Positions 50,239 through 60,046 of a stretch of 64,000 nt of DNA are shown one piece after another. This DNA is from Candidatus Tenderia electrophaga. Its GTDB lineage: Bacteria > Pseudomonadota > Gammaproteobacteria > Tenderiales > Tenderiaceae. Position numbers and translations under genes: made by a program. The notes beneath the pieces were generated by a model. The model did not search any database and was not told the origin of the DNA. It saw only the letters and a program-made list of their open reading frames with translations. The DNA lies in contig CP013099.1 in assembly GCA_001447805.1 (NCBI GenBank), forward strand, positions 3,395,181 through 3,459,180. The letters run 5' to 3'. The stretch's first letter is position 1, and every line of letters starts with the position of its first letter.

Positions 50239-51312
50239 CTAGAATAGCGACAGCTGCGGTTTGACATCCGCCGCTTGTCGGAACGCCGTCGTATTCAACT
50301 CCGGCAGGCCGGCAAAGGCCAGCCGCTTCATGGCCAGGCGATAACGTTTCTTGAGCAGCTCGGCGAACACCCCTTCGCCGCGCATGCGCGTGCCGAATTC
50401 GGCCTGATATTCCTGGCCGCCGCGACAGTCGCGGATGCGCTTCATGATGTGCTCGGCCTTGAGCGGCGCGTGTTCGCTCAGCCAGCCCTTAAACAATTCC
50501 TTCACCTCGTGGGGCAGGCGCAGCAGCACATAGCCGGCCCAGCCGGCGCCGGCCTGGCGCGCCGCGCTCAGAATATCCTCCAGCTCGTGGTCGGTGAGTA
50601 CCGGTATCAGCGGCGCCACCATGACACTGGTGGGGATGCCCGCCGCGCTCAGTTTGGCCACGGTCTGCAAGCGCCGTTCGGGGGCGGCGGCGCGCGGTTC
50701 CAGCCGCGTCGACAGGCTGCGCTCCAGGGTGGTGATGGAGAGCGCCACCTGGATCAGGCCGTGATCGGCGAGTTCGGTGAGCAGGTCCAGGTCGCGTTCG
50801 ACGAGGGCGGATTTGGTGACCAGGGTGACCGGGTGGCGGTACTCCAACAGCACCTTGAGCAGTTCACGGGTGAGTCCGAGCTTGCGCTCCACCGGTTGGT
50901 AGGCATCGGTATTGATGCCCAGGGCAATGGGCGCGCAGCGGTAATTCTTTTTGTTGAGCTCTGTTCTGAGCAGCGCGGCGGCGTCGGGTTTGTAGAATAG
51001 CCGGCTCTCGAAATCCAGGCCGGGCGACAGCCCCAGCCAGGCGTGCGTCGGCCGGGCGAAACAATAGACGCAGCCGTGCTCGCAGCCGCGATAGGGGTTG
51101 ATGGAGCGGTCGAAGGGCACGTCGGGCGAGCGGTTGTAGCTGATCACCGTCTTGGCGCTGTCCACGGTCAGGGTGGTGCGGATGCGCTCGGGCGGCTGCT
51201 CCAGATTATCCCAGCCGTCGTCCACCGACTCGCGGCTGTGGTGCTCGAAACGGTTGTCGGGATTGCCGAGGGCGCCGCGACCCTTGGCGGCTTCGGTCAG
51301 TGTCTTGCTCAT
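50239..51312 (-). CDS. Radical SAM protein (PA0069/Rv2578c family)
   Basis: SINPYRGCEHGCVYCFARPTH, TDAYQP, LRLPHEV. Confidence 0.93.
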   Translation of the reverse strand: MSKTLTEAAKGRGALGNPDNRFEHHSRESVDDGWDNLEQPPERIRTTLTVDSAKTVISYNRSPDVPFDRSINPYRGCEHGCVYCFARPTHAWLGLSPGLDFESRLFYKPDAAALLRTELNKKNYRCAPIALGINTDAYQPVERKLGLTRELLKVLLEYRHPVTLVTKSALVERDLDLLTELADHGLIQVALSITTLERSLSTRLEPRAAAPERRLQTVAKLSAAGIPTSVMVAPLIPVLTDHELEDILSAARQAGAGWAGYVLLRLPHEVKELFKGWLSEHAPLKAEHIMKRIRDCRGGQEYQAEFGTRMRGEGVFAELLKKRYRLAMKRLAFAGLPELNTTAFRQAADVKPQLSLF

Positions 51313-51380
51313 GATCTTGGCGTCGGGAGTGGGTTTGTCGGGGTCAATTTTACCCCAATCCCGCGGCTAAAAAGCGCCAA

Positions 51381-52076
51381 CTATTTTGGGGGTTCGTCCA
51401 GCTTCAGCGTGCCGGTGTCGATCTCGGCGGGTGGTACCTCTGCGTGCTCGGTGACGTCCTCGCCCACCTCGCCCATGCTCAGCGCGCTGGTGTCGATGTC
51501 GGCTTGCGGCACCTCTTCGTGCTCGGTGACGTCCTCGCCGACGGCGCCCATACTCAGGTCGCTGATGTCGATATCCGGCTCGGGCACGGCCTGAGGCTCG
51601 CTGACATCCTCGCCCAGTTCACCCATGGAGAGGCGGCCGGTGTCGATGTCGGGCTCGGCGGCGGGGGTCTGCTGATCCAGGTCCGTGCCGGCCGCGGCCA
51701 CGTCCAGGCCGCTGGTATCGATCTCCGGCGCCGACGGCGCTGGGGCCTCGTCCATGATGCTGCCGGCGGCGGCCAGGGAGGCGTCGAAGCCCGACTCGGC
51801 AGGGGCCTTTGAGTCGGCCGCCTGCGGCGCCGCGGATGCCGTTGCCATGGGGGCGATGGCCGCCGCCAGTCCGGCCTTGATGATGGCGGACTGGTATTTC
51901 TGCGCCGTCTCCCGGTCCAGCCCTTTCTTGACCGCCAGCGTGCGGCCGGAGAACATGGGTGCCACCTTATCGAGCGAGGTCTTGAACAGGGTGGCGATGT
52001 TCTGTTTCACCTGTGCCGGCGCGGCCCCCTCAACCAGAGAGCCGTTGACCACGATCTGGAATTGTTGCTCACTCAT
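51381..52076 (-). CDS. Hypothetical protein with acidic 25-aa C-terminal repeats
   Basis: Repeats of (P)DIDTxxLSMGxVGEDV; N-terminal globular domain. Confidence 0.8.
   Translation of the reverse strand: MSEQQFQIVVNGSLVEGAAPAQVKQNIATLFKTSLDKVAPMFSGRTLAVKKGLDRETAQKYQSAIIKAGLAAAIAPMATASAAPQAADSKAPAESGFDASLAAAGSIMDEAPAPSAPEIDTSGLDVAAAGTDLDQQTPAAEPDIDTGRLSMGELGEDVSEPQAVPEPDIDISDLSMGAVGEDVTEHEEVPQADIDTSALSMGEVGEDVTEHAEVPPAEIDTGTLKLDEPPK
51410..51730 (-). repeat. 75-bp period coding tandem repeat
   Basis: CGTGCTCGGTGACGTCCTCGCC at 51443 and 51518 (75 bp apart) plus further degenerate units. Confidence 0.8.
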
Positions 52077-52161
52077 GTCAGAACCTTAGTGTTTGCGCCA
52101 CTGGACCTTCATTGTAAGACATCGGCATGTGCGCCGCATTTTGCAGAACGGCGGGCCGGGG

Positions 52162-53136
52162 CTACGGTCGGGTGGCGGTGAAAATGGCACGTCGCGGGGC
52201 GGGATAACCCTCCACGGTGCGGCCGGGGGCCTGCGCATCGAGAAAATCGGCCAGGGATTCGAACTGCATCCAAGACGTGCTGCGTTGCTCCGCCGTGGAG
52301 GTGACGTCCACGTTTACCAGCCGGATATCGCGGAAGCCGGCACGCCGCAGCCACAACGCCAGGGTGGCACAGCTGGGGATGAACCAGACGTTGCGCATCT
52401 TGGCGTAGCGGCCCTCGGGCATTAGGCTCGCGCCCGCAGCGCCTTCGATGACCAAGGTCTCCAGCACCAGTTCGCCGCCGTGGCGCAGGGCGTCGCGCAG
52501 TTCGATCAAATGGTCCAGTGGTGAGCGGCGGTGGTAGAGCACGCCCATGGAGAACACCGTGTCAAAGGCCGCCAGCCGCGCTGGCAGGTGTTCAATCCCC
52601 AAGGGCAGCACGAAGGTGCCGTGGGCGCCGAGGAAATGGCTGACGGCCTGATGCTGCATCACGAACAGGGGCGAGGGATCGATACCGATGGTCAGCTCGT
52701 CCCCTGCGCCGGCCATGCGCCAGCAGTGGTAACCGCTGCCGCAGCCCACGTCCAGCACGCGGCGGCCGGCCAGGGGCTGGATGTGATCCTTGAGGCGGTC
52801 CCATTTCCAGTCCGAGCGCCATTCGGTGTCAATCTCTACGCCGTGGATGGAAAAGGGCCCCTTGCGCCAGGGCATGAGCTGGCGCAGCCCCGCCTCGATC
52901 TGTTGGCGCGTGTCGGGCGAAACGCTCGCGGCGTCGCCTACCGTCACGGCGGCGGCATTGAGATCGACGCCGCTGGGTTGGACGCTGGGCAAGCCTTCCA
53001 GGGCTGCCAACCAGCGCGGCAGGTCGCCGTGACGCCTGGCGCTGAAGCGTTGTTGCAGCAAGCCGGGCAGGGCCTCGGCGAGTGGCGCCAGCGGCGTGTC
53101 GTCCAGTCTTTGGTACAGCGGCGTGAAGTCGATCAT
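52162..53136 (-). CDS. cmoB: tRNA U34 carboxymethyltransferase
   Basis: PWRKGPF, IDTEWRSDWKW, VLDVGCGSGYH, GVLYHR, RYAKMRNVWF, TVEGYPAP. Confidence 0.96.
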   Translation of the reverse strand: MIDFTPLYQRLDDTPLAPLAEALPGLLQQRFSARRHGDLPRWLAALEGLPSVQPSGVDLNAAAVTVGDAASVSPDTRQQIEAGLRQLMPWRKGPFSIHGVEIDTEWRSDWKWDRLKDHIQPLAGRRVLDVGCGSGYHCWRMAGAGDELTIGIDPSPLFVMQHQAVSHFLGAHGTFVLPLGIEHLPARLAAFDTVFSMGVLYHRRSPLDHLIELRDALRHGGELVLETLVIEGAAGASLMPEGRYAKMRNVWFIPSCATLALWLRRAGFRDIRLVNVDVTSTAEQRSTSWMQFESLADFLDAQAPGRTVEGYPAPRRAIFTATRP

Positions 53137-53870
53137 TTCACGGCGAGAATTGACGCGAAGTTCATACACTGAAACCAGCTGTGGCTGTGCCGAAAACCCG
53201 TTTCCTTTAAGCGTTGGTGATGCTGCGGCAGGGTTTCGGGGACGAGTACGTTTTCCAGCGCCGAGCGTTTCTGGCTGATCTCCAGCGCGCTGTAGCCGTT
53301 GGCCTTTTTGAAGGCCAGGTGCAGCCTGTCCAGCAGCTGCGCGTCGCCGGCGTCTGCGAAGGCGATCTTTTCCGACAGCACCAGCGCGCCGCCGGGCAAC
53401 AGGCCGGCATGGATCTTTTGTAGCAGCGGCGTGCGTTCCCGCGGCGGCAGAAACTGCAAGGTGAAATTGAGCACCACGATCGAGGCGTTCTGGAATTCGA
53501 TGTCGCGGATGTCGGCGCAGCGCGTCTCCACCTCGATGGGCGAGAGGTCTTCGGCGACATGGCTGCGGCAGCGTTCCACCATGGCCGCCGAGTTGTCCAC
53601 CGCGATGATGCGGCAATCGTGGTGGGGGATGCGGCGGCGCATGGCCAGGGTAGCCGCGCCCAGTGAACTGCCCAGGTCATAGATGTTACTGCCGGGCCGG
53701 GCGTATTCCTCGGCCAGCAGGCCGAGCAGGGTGATCAGGGTGCCGTAGCCGGGCACCGAGCGGCGGATCATGTCCGGAAAGACGCGCGCCACCGCCTCGT
53801 TGAATTCGAAATCCACGAGTTGTTCGTGAGGATTGGCGTAGAGGGCGTCGTGTGGTTTTTTGCGATTCAT
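53133..53870 (-). CDS. cmoA: Carboxy-SAM synthase
   Basis: VA.VFPDMI.RSVPGY, YDLG.SLGA, NFTLQF, FK.ANGYS.LEISQKR.ALENV. Confidence 0.96.
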   Translation of the reverse strand: MNRKKPHDALYANPHEQLVDFEFNEAVARVFPDMIRRSVPGYGTLITLLGLLAEEYARPGSNIYDLGSSLGAATLAMRRRIPHHDCRIIAVDNSAAMVERCRSHVAEDLSPIEVETRCADIRDIEFQNASIVVLNFTLQFLPPRERTPLLQKIHAGLLPGGALVLSEKIAFADAGDAQLLDRLHLAFKKANGYSALEISQKRSALENVLVPETLPQHHQRLKETGFRHSHSWFQCMNFASILAVK

Positions 53871-53954
53871 CGGCGTGAAAGCGGCTGTTTGCTGCGGCCG
53901 TCATGATACACCAAACCCTGTTGCGCTGGCAGGCGCCGGGCGTAGAATCGAGCC

Positions 53955-54728
53955 ATGGAGATCATCGACAGTCATTGTCACCTGGATGTGGAAGATTTCG
54001 ACACGGACCGCGAGGCGGTGCTGGCCGCCTGTCGTGAGCAGGGGGTCAACAGCATCGTGGTGCCCGGCATCAGCGCCGCCACCTGGGCGCGCCTGCTGCA
54101 GGTGTGTCGTCGGCATGAGGGTCTCTATCCCGCCCTGGGGCTGCATCCCTACTACATCCGGGACCACCGCCAGGCCCATCTCGAGCAGCTGGAACAGCGC
54201 CTGGCCGATGAGCCCGACTTGGTGGCGGTGGGGGAGATCGGGCTGGATTTTTATATCGACAATCCGCACCGGGAACGCCAGATCGAACTGTTCGAGGCCC
54301 AGTTGGCCATTGCCCAGGCGGCCGCAATGCCGGTGATCGTGCATGTGCGCAAGGCCCACAATGAGGTCCTGAAGGCCTTGAAGGACGGCAAGTTCACGCA
54401 GGGTGGCATCATGCACGCCTACAACGGCAGCCTGCAGCAGGCGCAGGAATATATGGATCTGGGTTTCAAGCTGGGCTTCGGCGGCATGATCACCTACGAA
54501 CGCTCGCGCAAACTGCGTGGACTGGTGGAAGCGTTACCTTTAGAGGCCATGGTGCTGGAGACCGATGCGCCGGATATGTCGGGAGATATCTGTCACGGCC
54601 GGCGCAACAGTCCCCAGTATCTGCCCCATTATCTCGAGGTGTTCGCCTCGTTGCGCGAGGAGGATGTAGAACGGGTGGCGCAGGTGACCCGTGCCAATGT
54701 GAAGGCCGTGCTTTCGCTTTCAGAATAA
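53955..54728 (+). CDS. tatD: TatD family hydrolase
   Basis: DSHCH, GLHP, VGEIGLD, HVR, LETDAP. Confidence 0.92.
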   Translation: MEIIDSHCHLDVEDFDTDREAVLAACREQGVNSIVVPGISAATWARLLQVCRRHEGLYPALGLHPYYIRDHRQAHLEQLEQRLADEPDLVAVGEIGLDFYIDNPHRERQIELFEAQLAIAQAAAMPVIVHVRKAHNEVLKALKDGKFTQGGIMHAYNGSLQQAQEYMDLGFKLGFGGMITYERSRKLRGLVEALPLEAMVLETDAPDMSGDICHGRRNSPQYLPHYLEVFASLREEDVERVAQVTRANVKAVLSLSE

Positions 54729-54742
54729 TTTGTATTTATATT

Positions 54743-54767
54743 CCCTCCCCCCAGAAAGGGGAGAGGG
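54743..54767. repeat. REP-like hairpin / possible bidirectional terminator
   Basis: CCCTCCCCCCAGAAAGGGGAGAGGG between convergent tatD and the methyltransferase. Confidence 0.5.
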
Positions 54768-54781
54768 TTGGGCGGGTAACG

Positions 54782-55570
54782 CTAAGGCTTGCGGGCGAAG
54801 AAGTTGACCGAGTGCACGAACAGGTCCTTGGAGACTTTGTGTTCGGCGCTGGTGCCTTGAAAACAATTGAAGCGGCGTACGATGTGCCCGTCCTCGAACC
54901 CCGTCTGCTGCGCCAGTTGCGCCAGCTCCGGCTCCACCAGGGCGCCGCCGATGCAGGCGGCCCAGATGTCCGGATCCTGGCGCGCCGCATCGCTCAGCTC
55001 GCGTTGCACGATGACATCGGCCAGGTGCAGGCGGCCGCCCGGTTTGAGGACCCGCTTGATCTCCTGAAAGACCTTGCGCTTGTCCGGCGCCAGGTTGAGC
55101 ACGCCGTTGGACAGGACCACATCCACCGTCTCATTTTCCAGCGGTAGATTCTCGAACACCCCGGCGCGGATCTCGACGATGTTGCTCAACCCGGCCATCT
55201 CCGCCGCCGCGGCGGCGCATTCACGCATGGCCGGGGTCATGTCCACGCCGATGGCCTGGCCGTCGCGACCGACGCGGCGCGCCGCCAGCAGCAGGTCCAT
55301 GCCGGCGCCGCAGGCGTGGTCCAGCACGGTCTCGCCGGGGTGGATGGGACCGATGGCAATGGGATTGCCCACCCCGGCAAAACGGGCCGTGGACTCCTGC
55401 GGCAATTGGTCCAGCTCTTGCGCGTCGTAGCCCAGATAGGTGACGGCGTATTCCGGACCGCGGTGGAAGTGGTACTCGCCCTGGGGGCGACGCGCCACTT
55501 GCTCATAGGTCTGTTCCACCTGCTGGCGCAGGGTGTCGGTGTCGAAGTGTTGCGGTGCAACGATGGCCAT
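54782..55570 (-). CDS. ArsM-like SAM-dependent methyltransferase
   Basis: GVGNP, GETVLDHACGAGMD, GVDMT, SNGVLNL.PDK, RVLKPGG, WAACIGGAL. Confidence 0.85.
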   Translation of the reverse strand: MAIVAPQHFDTDTLRQQVEQTYEQVARRPQGEYHFHRGPEYAVTYLGYDAQELDQLPQESTARFAGVGNPIAIGPIHPGETVLDHACGAGMDLLLAARRVGRDGQAIGVDMTPAMRECAAAAAEMAGLSNIVEIRAGVFENLPLENETVDVVLSNGVLNLAPDKRKVFQEIKRVLKPGGRLHLADVIVQRELSDAARQDPDIWAACIGGALVEPELAQLAQQTGFEDGHIVRRFNCFQGTSAEHKVSKDLFVHSVNFFARKP

Positions 55571-55589
55571 GATGTGTCTCCTCTGTTAA

Positions 55590-56363
55590 TTATGCGTTGT
55601 CGCCGGCGTAGTCGGGCCTGCCCGGCTCAGTGCTCTTGAGGCGCGGCACCAACATGGGCACCCGGCGGCGATAGTCTTCATACTCCACATGGGCCTTGAC
55701 CAGATCACGCTCTTCGAGGCGGATGGCCACCAGGATGTAGGCCGTGGTCATGAGTGCGAACAACAGATGGGCGGCGGTCATGGTGGGGGTGCACCAGAAG
55801 GCCAGCAACCAGCCCACATAGAGCGGATGGCGCACATATTTATAGAGCCAGGGGGTCTTGAAGGCCAGCGGCTGGTACGGTTTACCCACAAGGTATAACC
55901 ACACCTGGCGCAGCCCGAACAGGTCGAAGTGATTGATGAGGAAGGTGGAGACCAGCACCACCATCCAACCCAACAGGAAACCGCTCAACAACAGGCCGGC
56001 GCCGACGGGGTGCTGCACCCGCCAGATCACACCGCCCAGCGGCTGCCACCAGTAAAACAGGGCGATCAGGGCGGCGCTGGAAAACAGCACATAGGTACTG
56101 CGCTCCAGCGGCGTGGGCACGATGCGGGTCCAGGCCCGTTTGAAGGCCGGTCGCGCCATGACGCTGTGCTGCACGGCGAACAGGGTCAATAGCAGGATGT
56201 TGATGAGCAGGGCATCCGCCAGCGTTTGTCCCGCCGTGCGCGGGGCGTCGATGGAGGTGGGCACGAACAGGTTGCCGACCCAGCCGATGGCGTAGAGAAA
56301 GGTAGCGAAGAAGAGGGCGTAACAGACGACGCCATAGGTAAAGTAGGTAATGCGTTTGAACAT
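55590..56363 (-). CDS. mddA: Methanethiol S-methyltransferase (ICMT-family membrane methyltransferase)
   Basis: YAIG.VGN, FAVQHSVMARP.FK, ERSTYV, WQP, INHFDLFGL.QV, LY..VRHP.Y, EERDL. Confidence 0.85.
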   Translation of the reverse strand: MFKRITYFTYGVVCYALFFATFLYAIGWVGNLFVPTSIDAPRTAGQTLADALLINILLLTLFAVQHSVMARPAFKRAWTRIVPTPLERSTYVLFSSAALIALFYWWQPLGGVIWRVQHPVGAGLLLSGFLLGWMVVLVSTFLINHFDLFGLRQVWLYLVGKPYQPLAFKTPWLYKYVRHPLYVGWLLAFWCTPTMTAAHLLFALMTTAYILVAIRLEERDLVKAHVEYEDYRRRVPMLVPRLKSTEPGRPDYAGDNA

Positions 56364-56424
56364 GGTGATATCTCCCTAATTAAGCGTTATTAGATGTCCT
56401 ACGCTTATCAGAGTAGCGGGCCGT

Positions 56425-56474
56425 TGTATCGAGGGGATTTCCCGGGTGTAACCAAGTGTTGCCAGTTTGTTTCA
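56425..56474 (-). promoter_or_regulatory. Tandem G(A/T/C)(A/T)ACA boxes upstream of mddA (putative OmpR-family regulator sites)
   Basis: Minus strand GAAACA, GCAACA, GTTACA, GATACA; + strand TGT cores at 56468, 56457, 56447, 56425 (spacing 11/10/22). Confidence 0.6.
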
Positions 56475-56478
56475 GTGT

Positions 56479-58944
56479 CTAGCTGGATTCGTGTTGCGTT
56501 AGCAGTCGTTTCACCTGGGTGTACAACAGCTCGTCGTCGATGGGCTTTTTGATAAACACATCGATCTTGAGTCGGGACAGTTCGCTGGCGTTGATCTCGT
56601 CGCTGTAACCGCTGTAGAGGATGATGGGGGCGGGATAGTCGCGTTCACGCAGCCACTGGGCCAGCGCCAGCCCGGTGAGGCGGGGCATGGTCTGATCGAG
56701 GATGATCAGCGCATATGGCTGGTGGGGGGATTGAATCTGTTGTTGGGCCTCAGCGCCATTGGCGAAACTGGTCACGTCTAGGCCCCAGGTCTCCAGGCGG
56801 TCGCGCATGAATTCGCGTACCGTGGTGTCGTCATCCACCAGCAAGACCCTGCCCGCCATGGGCTGCGCGTGCACCACAGACTGAACGGGGTTGGGCTCAT
56901 CCGCGCAGGCGGCCGCGTCGTCGTTGATGGGAAACAGCAGTCGAAAGCTGGCCCCTTCGCCCGGCACCGACGCAACCATGATATGGCCGCCGTACTCATG
57001 CACAATGCCGTGGGTGGTGGACAGCCCCATGCCGCTGCCCTTGCCGGTCTCCTTGGTGCTGAAGAAGGGCTCGAAGATGCGGTTGAGCTGGGCGGGATCG
57101 ATACCGCAACCGCTATCGCTGACGCTGAGCTCGACGAACGGGCCGCGGATGCCTTTCTGGCAGGCACTGCAGACGCTGTCGCGGTGGCTGCGTTGTTGCA
57201 GGCGAATGGCGATGCGGCCGCTGCCTTGGCCGATGGCGTCGCGGGCATTGATGCAGAGATTCATGATCACCTGTTCGATCTGCACCGGATCGGCCCACAC
57301 CGGCGCGATGTTGCGCGCAAGTTCGGTATGGATCTCGATGCTGGCGGGCAGCATGGGCTCCAACAGCCGCATGCTCTCCTTGATCAAGGGTTCGAGGCGC
57401 AGCTGCTGCGGCTCGCCGCGCTGACCGCGGCTGAAGGTGAGCATTTGCTGGATCAGGTCGCGGGCGCGCTGGCCGGCACGGCTGGCGCGCTCCAAATAGG
57501 TGAGCATGCGCGCGTCGCCCAGTGCCTCGGCCTTTTCCGTGGCCATGACCAGATAGCCCATGACGCCGGTGAGGATGTTGTTGAAGTCGTGGGCGATGCC
57601 GCCGCTGAGGTGGCCGATGGCCTCCATCTTCTGGGCCTGAATCAACTGGGCCTGCAACCGTTGGCGCTCGATCTCCGATTGTTTGGCCTCGGTGATGTCG
57701 CGCAGGTAGGTGATGAAGATCTGACCTTGCTCGCCCTCGGTGACGTCAATGGTCAGCTCCGCCGGGAACTCGCTGCCGTCGGCGCGCAGGCCGGTGACCT
57801 CGAAACGCTTGCGTAAAAAGTAGGGATCGCCGTCGTCGAGATAGCGTTTCATCCCCTGCAGGTGGCGCTGGCGTTTGTCGGCGGGGATGAGGTGCTCGGC
57901 CAGAGGCTTGCCCACGATCGCTTGGCGCCGGTAGCCGAAACAGCGCTCCGCGGCGGGATTGAATTCGATGATATTGCCTTGGGCATCCATGCTGATGATA
58001 CAGTCCAGCGCCGCCTCCACCGTGGCGCGCAGCCGGTCTTCGCTCTGGCGCAGGGCCGCTTCGTGACGCCGATCCTCGGTGATGTCGCGCAGGATCATCA
58101 GGGCATGGGGTGTGCCCTGATAATTCACCGGCTCGCCACGGATCTCCAGCGTGGTTACGCCCGCTGCCGATTCAAGGTCTTGTTCGGCGCTGAAGGGGCG
58201 GCCCTGGGCGACGCTGGCCAACAGCGCCTGGAGGGTGTCGGCGCAGCTGACAGGGAACAGCGTAGCGGGGTCGGCGGCCAGGATCGCCTCCCGATCACCG
58301 GTCTGCTTGTGACACCCCAGTTGGCAAAAGGCCGGATTGACATCCACCAGGCGGCCGTCCAGGGACCAGAAGGCCAATGCATCCCGGGTGCCATGAAAGA
58401 TGGCGCGATAGAGTTCGCCCTTCTCTTGGGCGGCGCGGTCGGCGGCCAGGCGTTCCAATTCACTGGCGGCGCGGACCGAGAAGATACGCAGCAGTTGCTC
58501 CACCAGCGCCGCTTGTTGCAGCGGCTGGGTGTGCATCACCGCCATCAGGCCGATCACCTCGCCGTGGGAACTGTACAGGGGGATGGCCGCATAGCCTTCC
58601 ACCGCCAGTTCTTTTAAATGGGAGTCATCGAAGATTCGCTGCGCGTCCCGGGGGTAGTAACGATAGTGTTGGTTGATCACGTCGCGGCAGGGTGTGCCGG
58701 CCAGACTGTAGCTGAACAGCGGCGCCGGTCGGCCGGAAAAATGGGCGGCGATGGCGTGGATGGTGTCCTTGCCCTCGGGCGCCAGCTGCCCGATAAAGGC
58801 GTATTCCACCGCCAGGGCCTCGGCGATCTGACGCACCAACTCAGCAAAGATCGCGTCTGATTTGGCGGAGACGGCGCGGGCGGCATTGGCGAGGATGGCG
58901 CCCAGGTCAACGGGGTACGGCTGACGGCGTGCATCTTGGTTCAT
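56479..58944 (-). CDS. Hybrid sensor histidine kinase (GAF-PAS-PAS-HisKA-HATPase-REC)
   Basis: GAF (GTPC..V, YAAIPL), two PAS domains, GGIAHDFNN, NLCINARDA, DSGCG, FFSTK..GKGSGMGL, REC (VDDD..DQTMP). Confidence 0.93.
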   Translation of the reverse strand: MNQDARRQPYPVDLGAILANAARAVSAKSDAIFAELVRQIAEALAVEYAFIGQLAPEGKDTIHAIAAHFSGRPAPLFSYSLAGTPCRDVINQHYRYYPRDAQRIFDDSHLKELAVEGYAAIPLYSSHGEVIGLMAVMHTQPLQQAALVEQLLRIFSVRAASELERLAADRAAQEKGELYRAIFHGTRDALAFWSLDGRLVDVNPAFCQLGCHKQTGDREAILAADPATLFPVSCADTLQALLASVAQGRPFSAEQDLESAAGVTTLEIRGEPVNYQGTPHALMILRDITEDRRHEAALRQSEDRLRATVEAALDCIISMDAQGNIIEFNPAAERCFGYRRQAIVGKPLAEHLIPADKRQRHLQGMKRYLDDGDPYFLRKRFEVTGLRADGSEFPAELTIDVTEGEQGQIFITYLRDITEAKQSEIERQRLQAQLIQAQKMEAIGHLSGGIAHDFNNILTGVMGYLVMATEKAEALGDARMLTYLERASRAGQRARDLIQQMLTFSRGQRGEPQQLRLEPLIKESMRLLEPMLPASIEIHTELARNIAPVWADPVQIEQVIMNLCINARDAIGQGSGRIAIRLQQRSHRDSVCSACQKGIRGPFVELSVSDSGCGIDPAQLNRIFEPFFSTKETGKGSGMGLSTTHGIVHEYGGHIMVASVPGEGASFRLLFPINDDAAACADEPNPVQSVVHAQPMAGRVLLVDDDTTVREFMRDRLETWGLDVTSFANGAEAQQQIQSPHQPYALIILDQTMPRLTGLALAQWLRERDYPAPIILYSGYSDEINASELSRLKIDVFIKKPIDDELLYTQVKRLLTQHESS

Positions 58945-58995
58945 GGTGTCAGTCTAGCACCTGGGTCGGCGCACCAGCGCGGCCGCTACAGCGAC

Positions 58996-59021
58996 GAAAC
59001 AATTGAAACAAACTGAAACAA
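58996..59021 (+). repeat. Three GAAACAA direct repeats between the regulator and kinase genes
   Basis: GAAACAA at 58996, 59005, 59015; TGAAACAAACTG (59004-59015) is the exact reverse complement of 56463-56474. Confidence 0.7.
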
Positions 59022-59027
59022 AAACGG

Positions 59028-59741
<714 letters not shown>

Positions 59742-60046
59742 GGATAGTCGCCTCCCCCTTATTATGATGGAGAGATCATAGTCGAGTTGGGTTTTTCCAA
59801 CAACGTGGGGCGCTGAAATCGTCTGAAACGAGCGGCCCTAAAGGCACATGCGGCCCTGCAGCGGGGCAACCGGTCTTCGCGCAAACGGGGCGGGATGTTG
59901 GTAGCCACATCCTGCGGTTGGGGATAGATCGTCTGCATGACAGTCGCTCCCGTACTTGATGTCGCTATATACGTCTCTGCCCAGATGATAGGCTTGTTTA
60001 AGGGCTTGAAAAGTTGGATACCTTGGATGGGATACATGTGCACATT

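Noticed and set aside
51410..51730. CRISPR-like periodic repeat
   Set aside because: The period is 75 bp and in frame within a CDS, with no unique spacers and no cas genes
52162..53616. 484-aa version of cmoB
   Set aside because: The N-terminal extension overlaps cmoA out of frame; the start at 53136 fits CmoB length and gives an ATGA overlap
54782..55570. Selenocysteine read-through in the ArsM-like gene
   Set aside because: No in-frame TGA; the candidate position is a normal Cys codon
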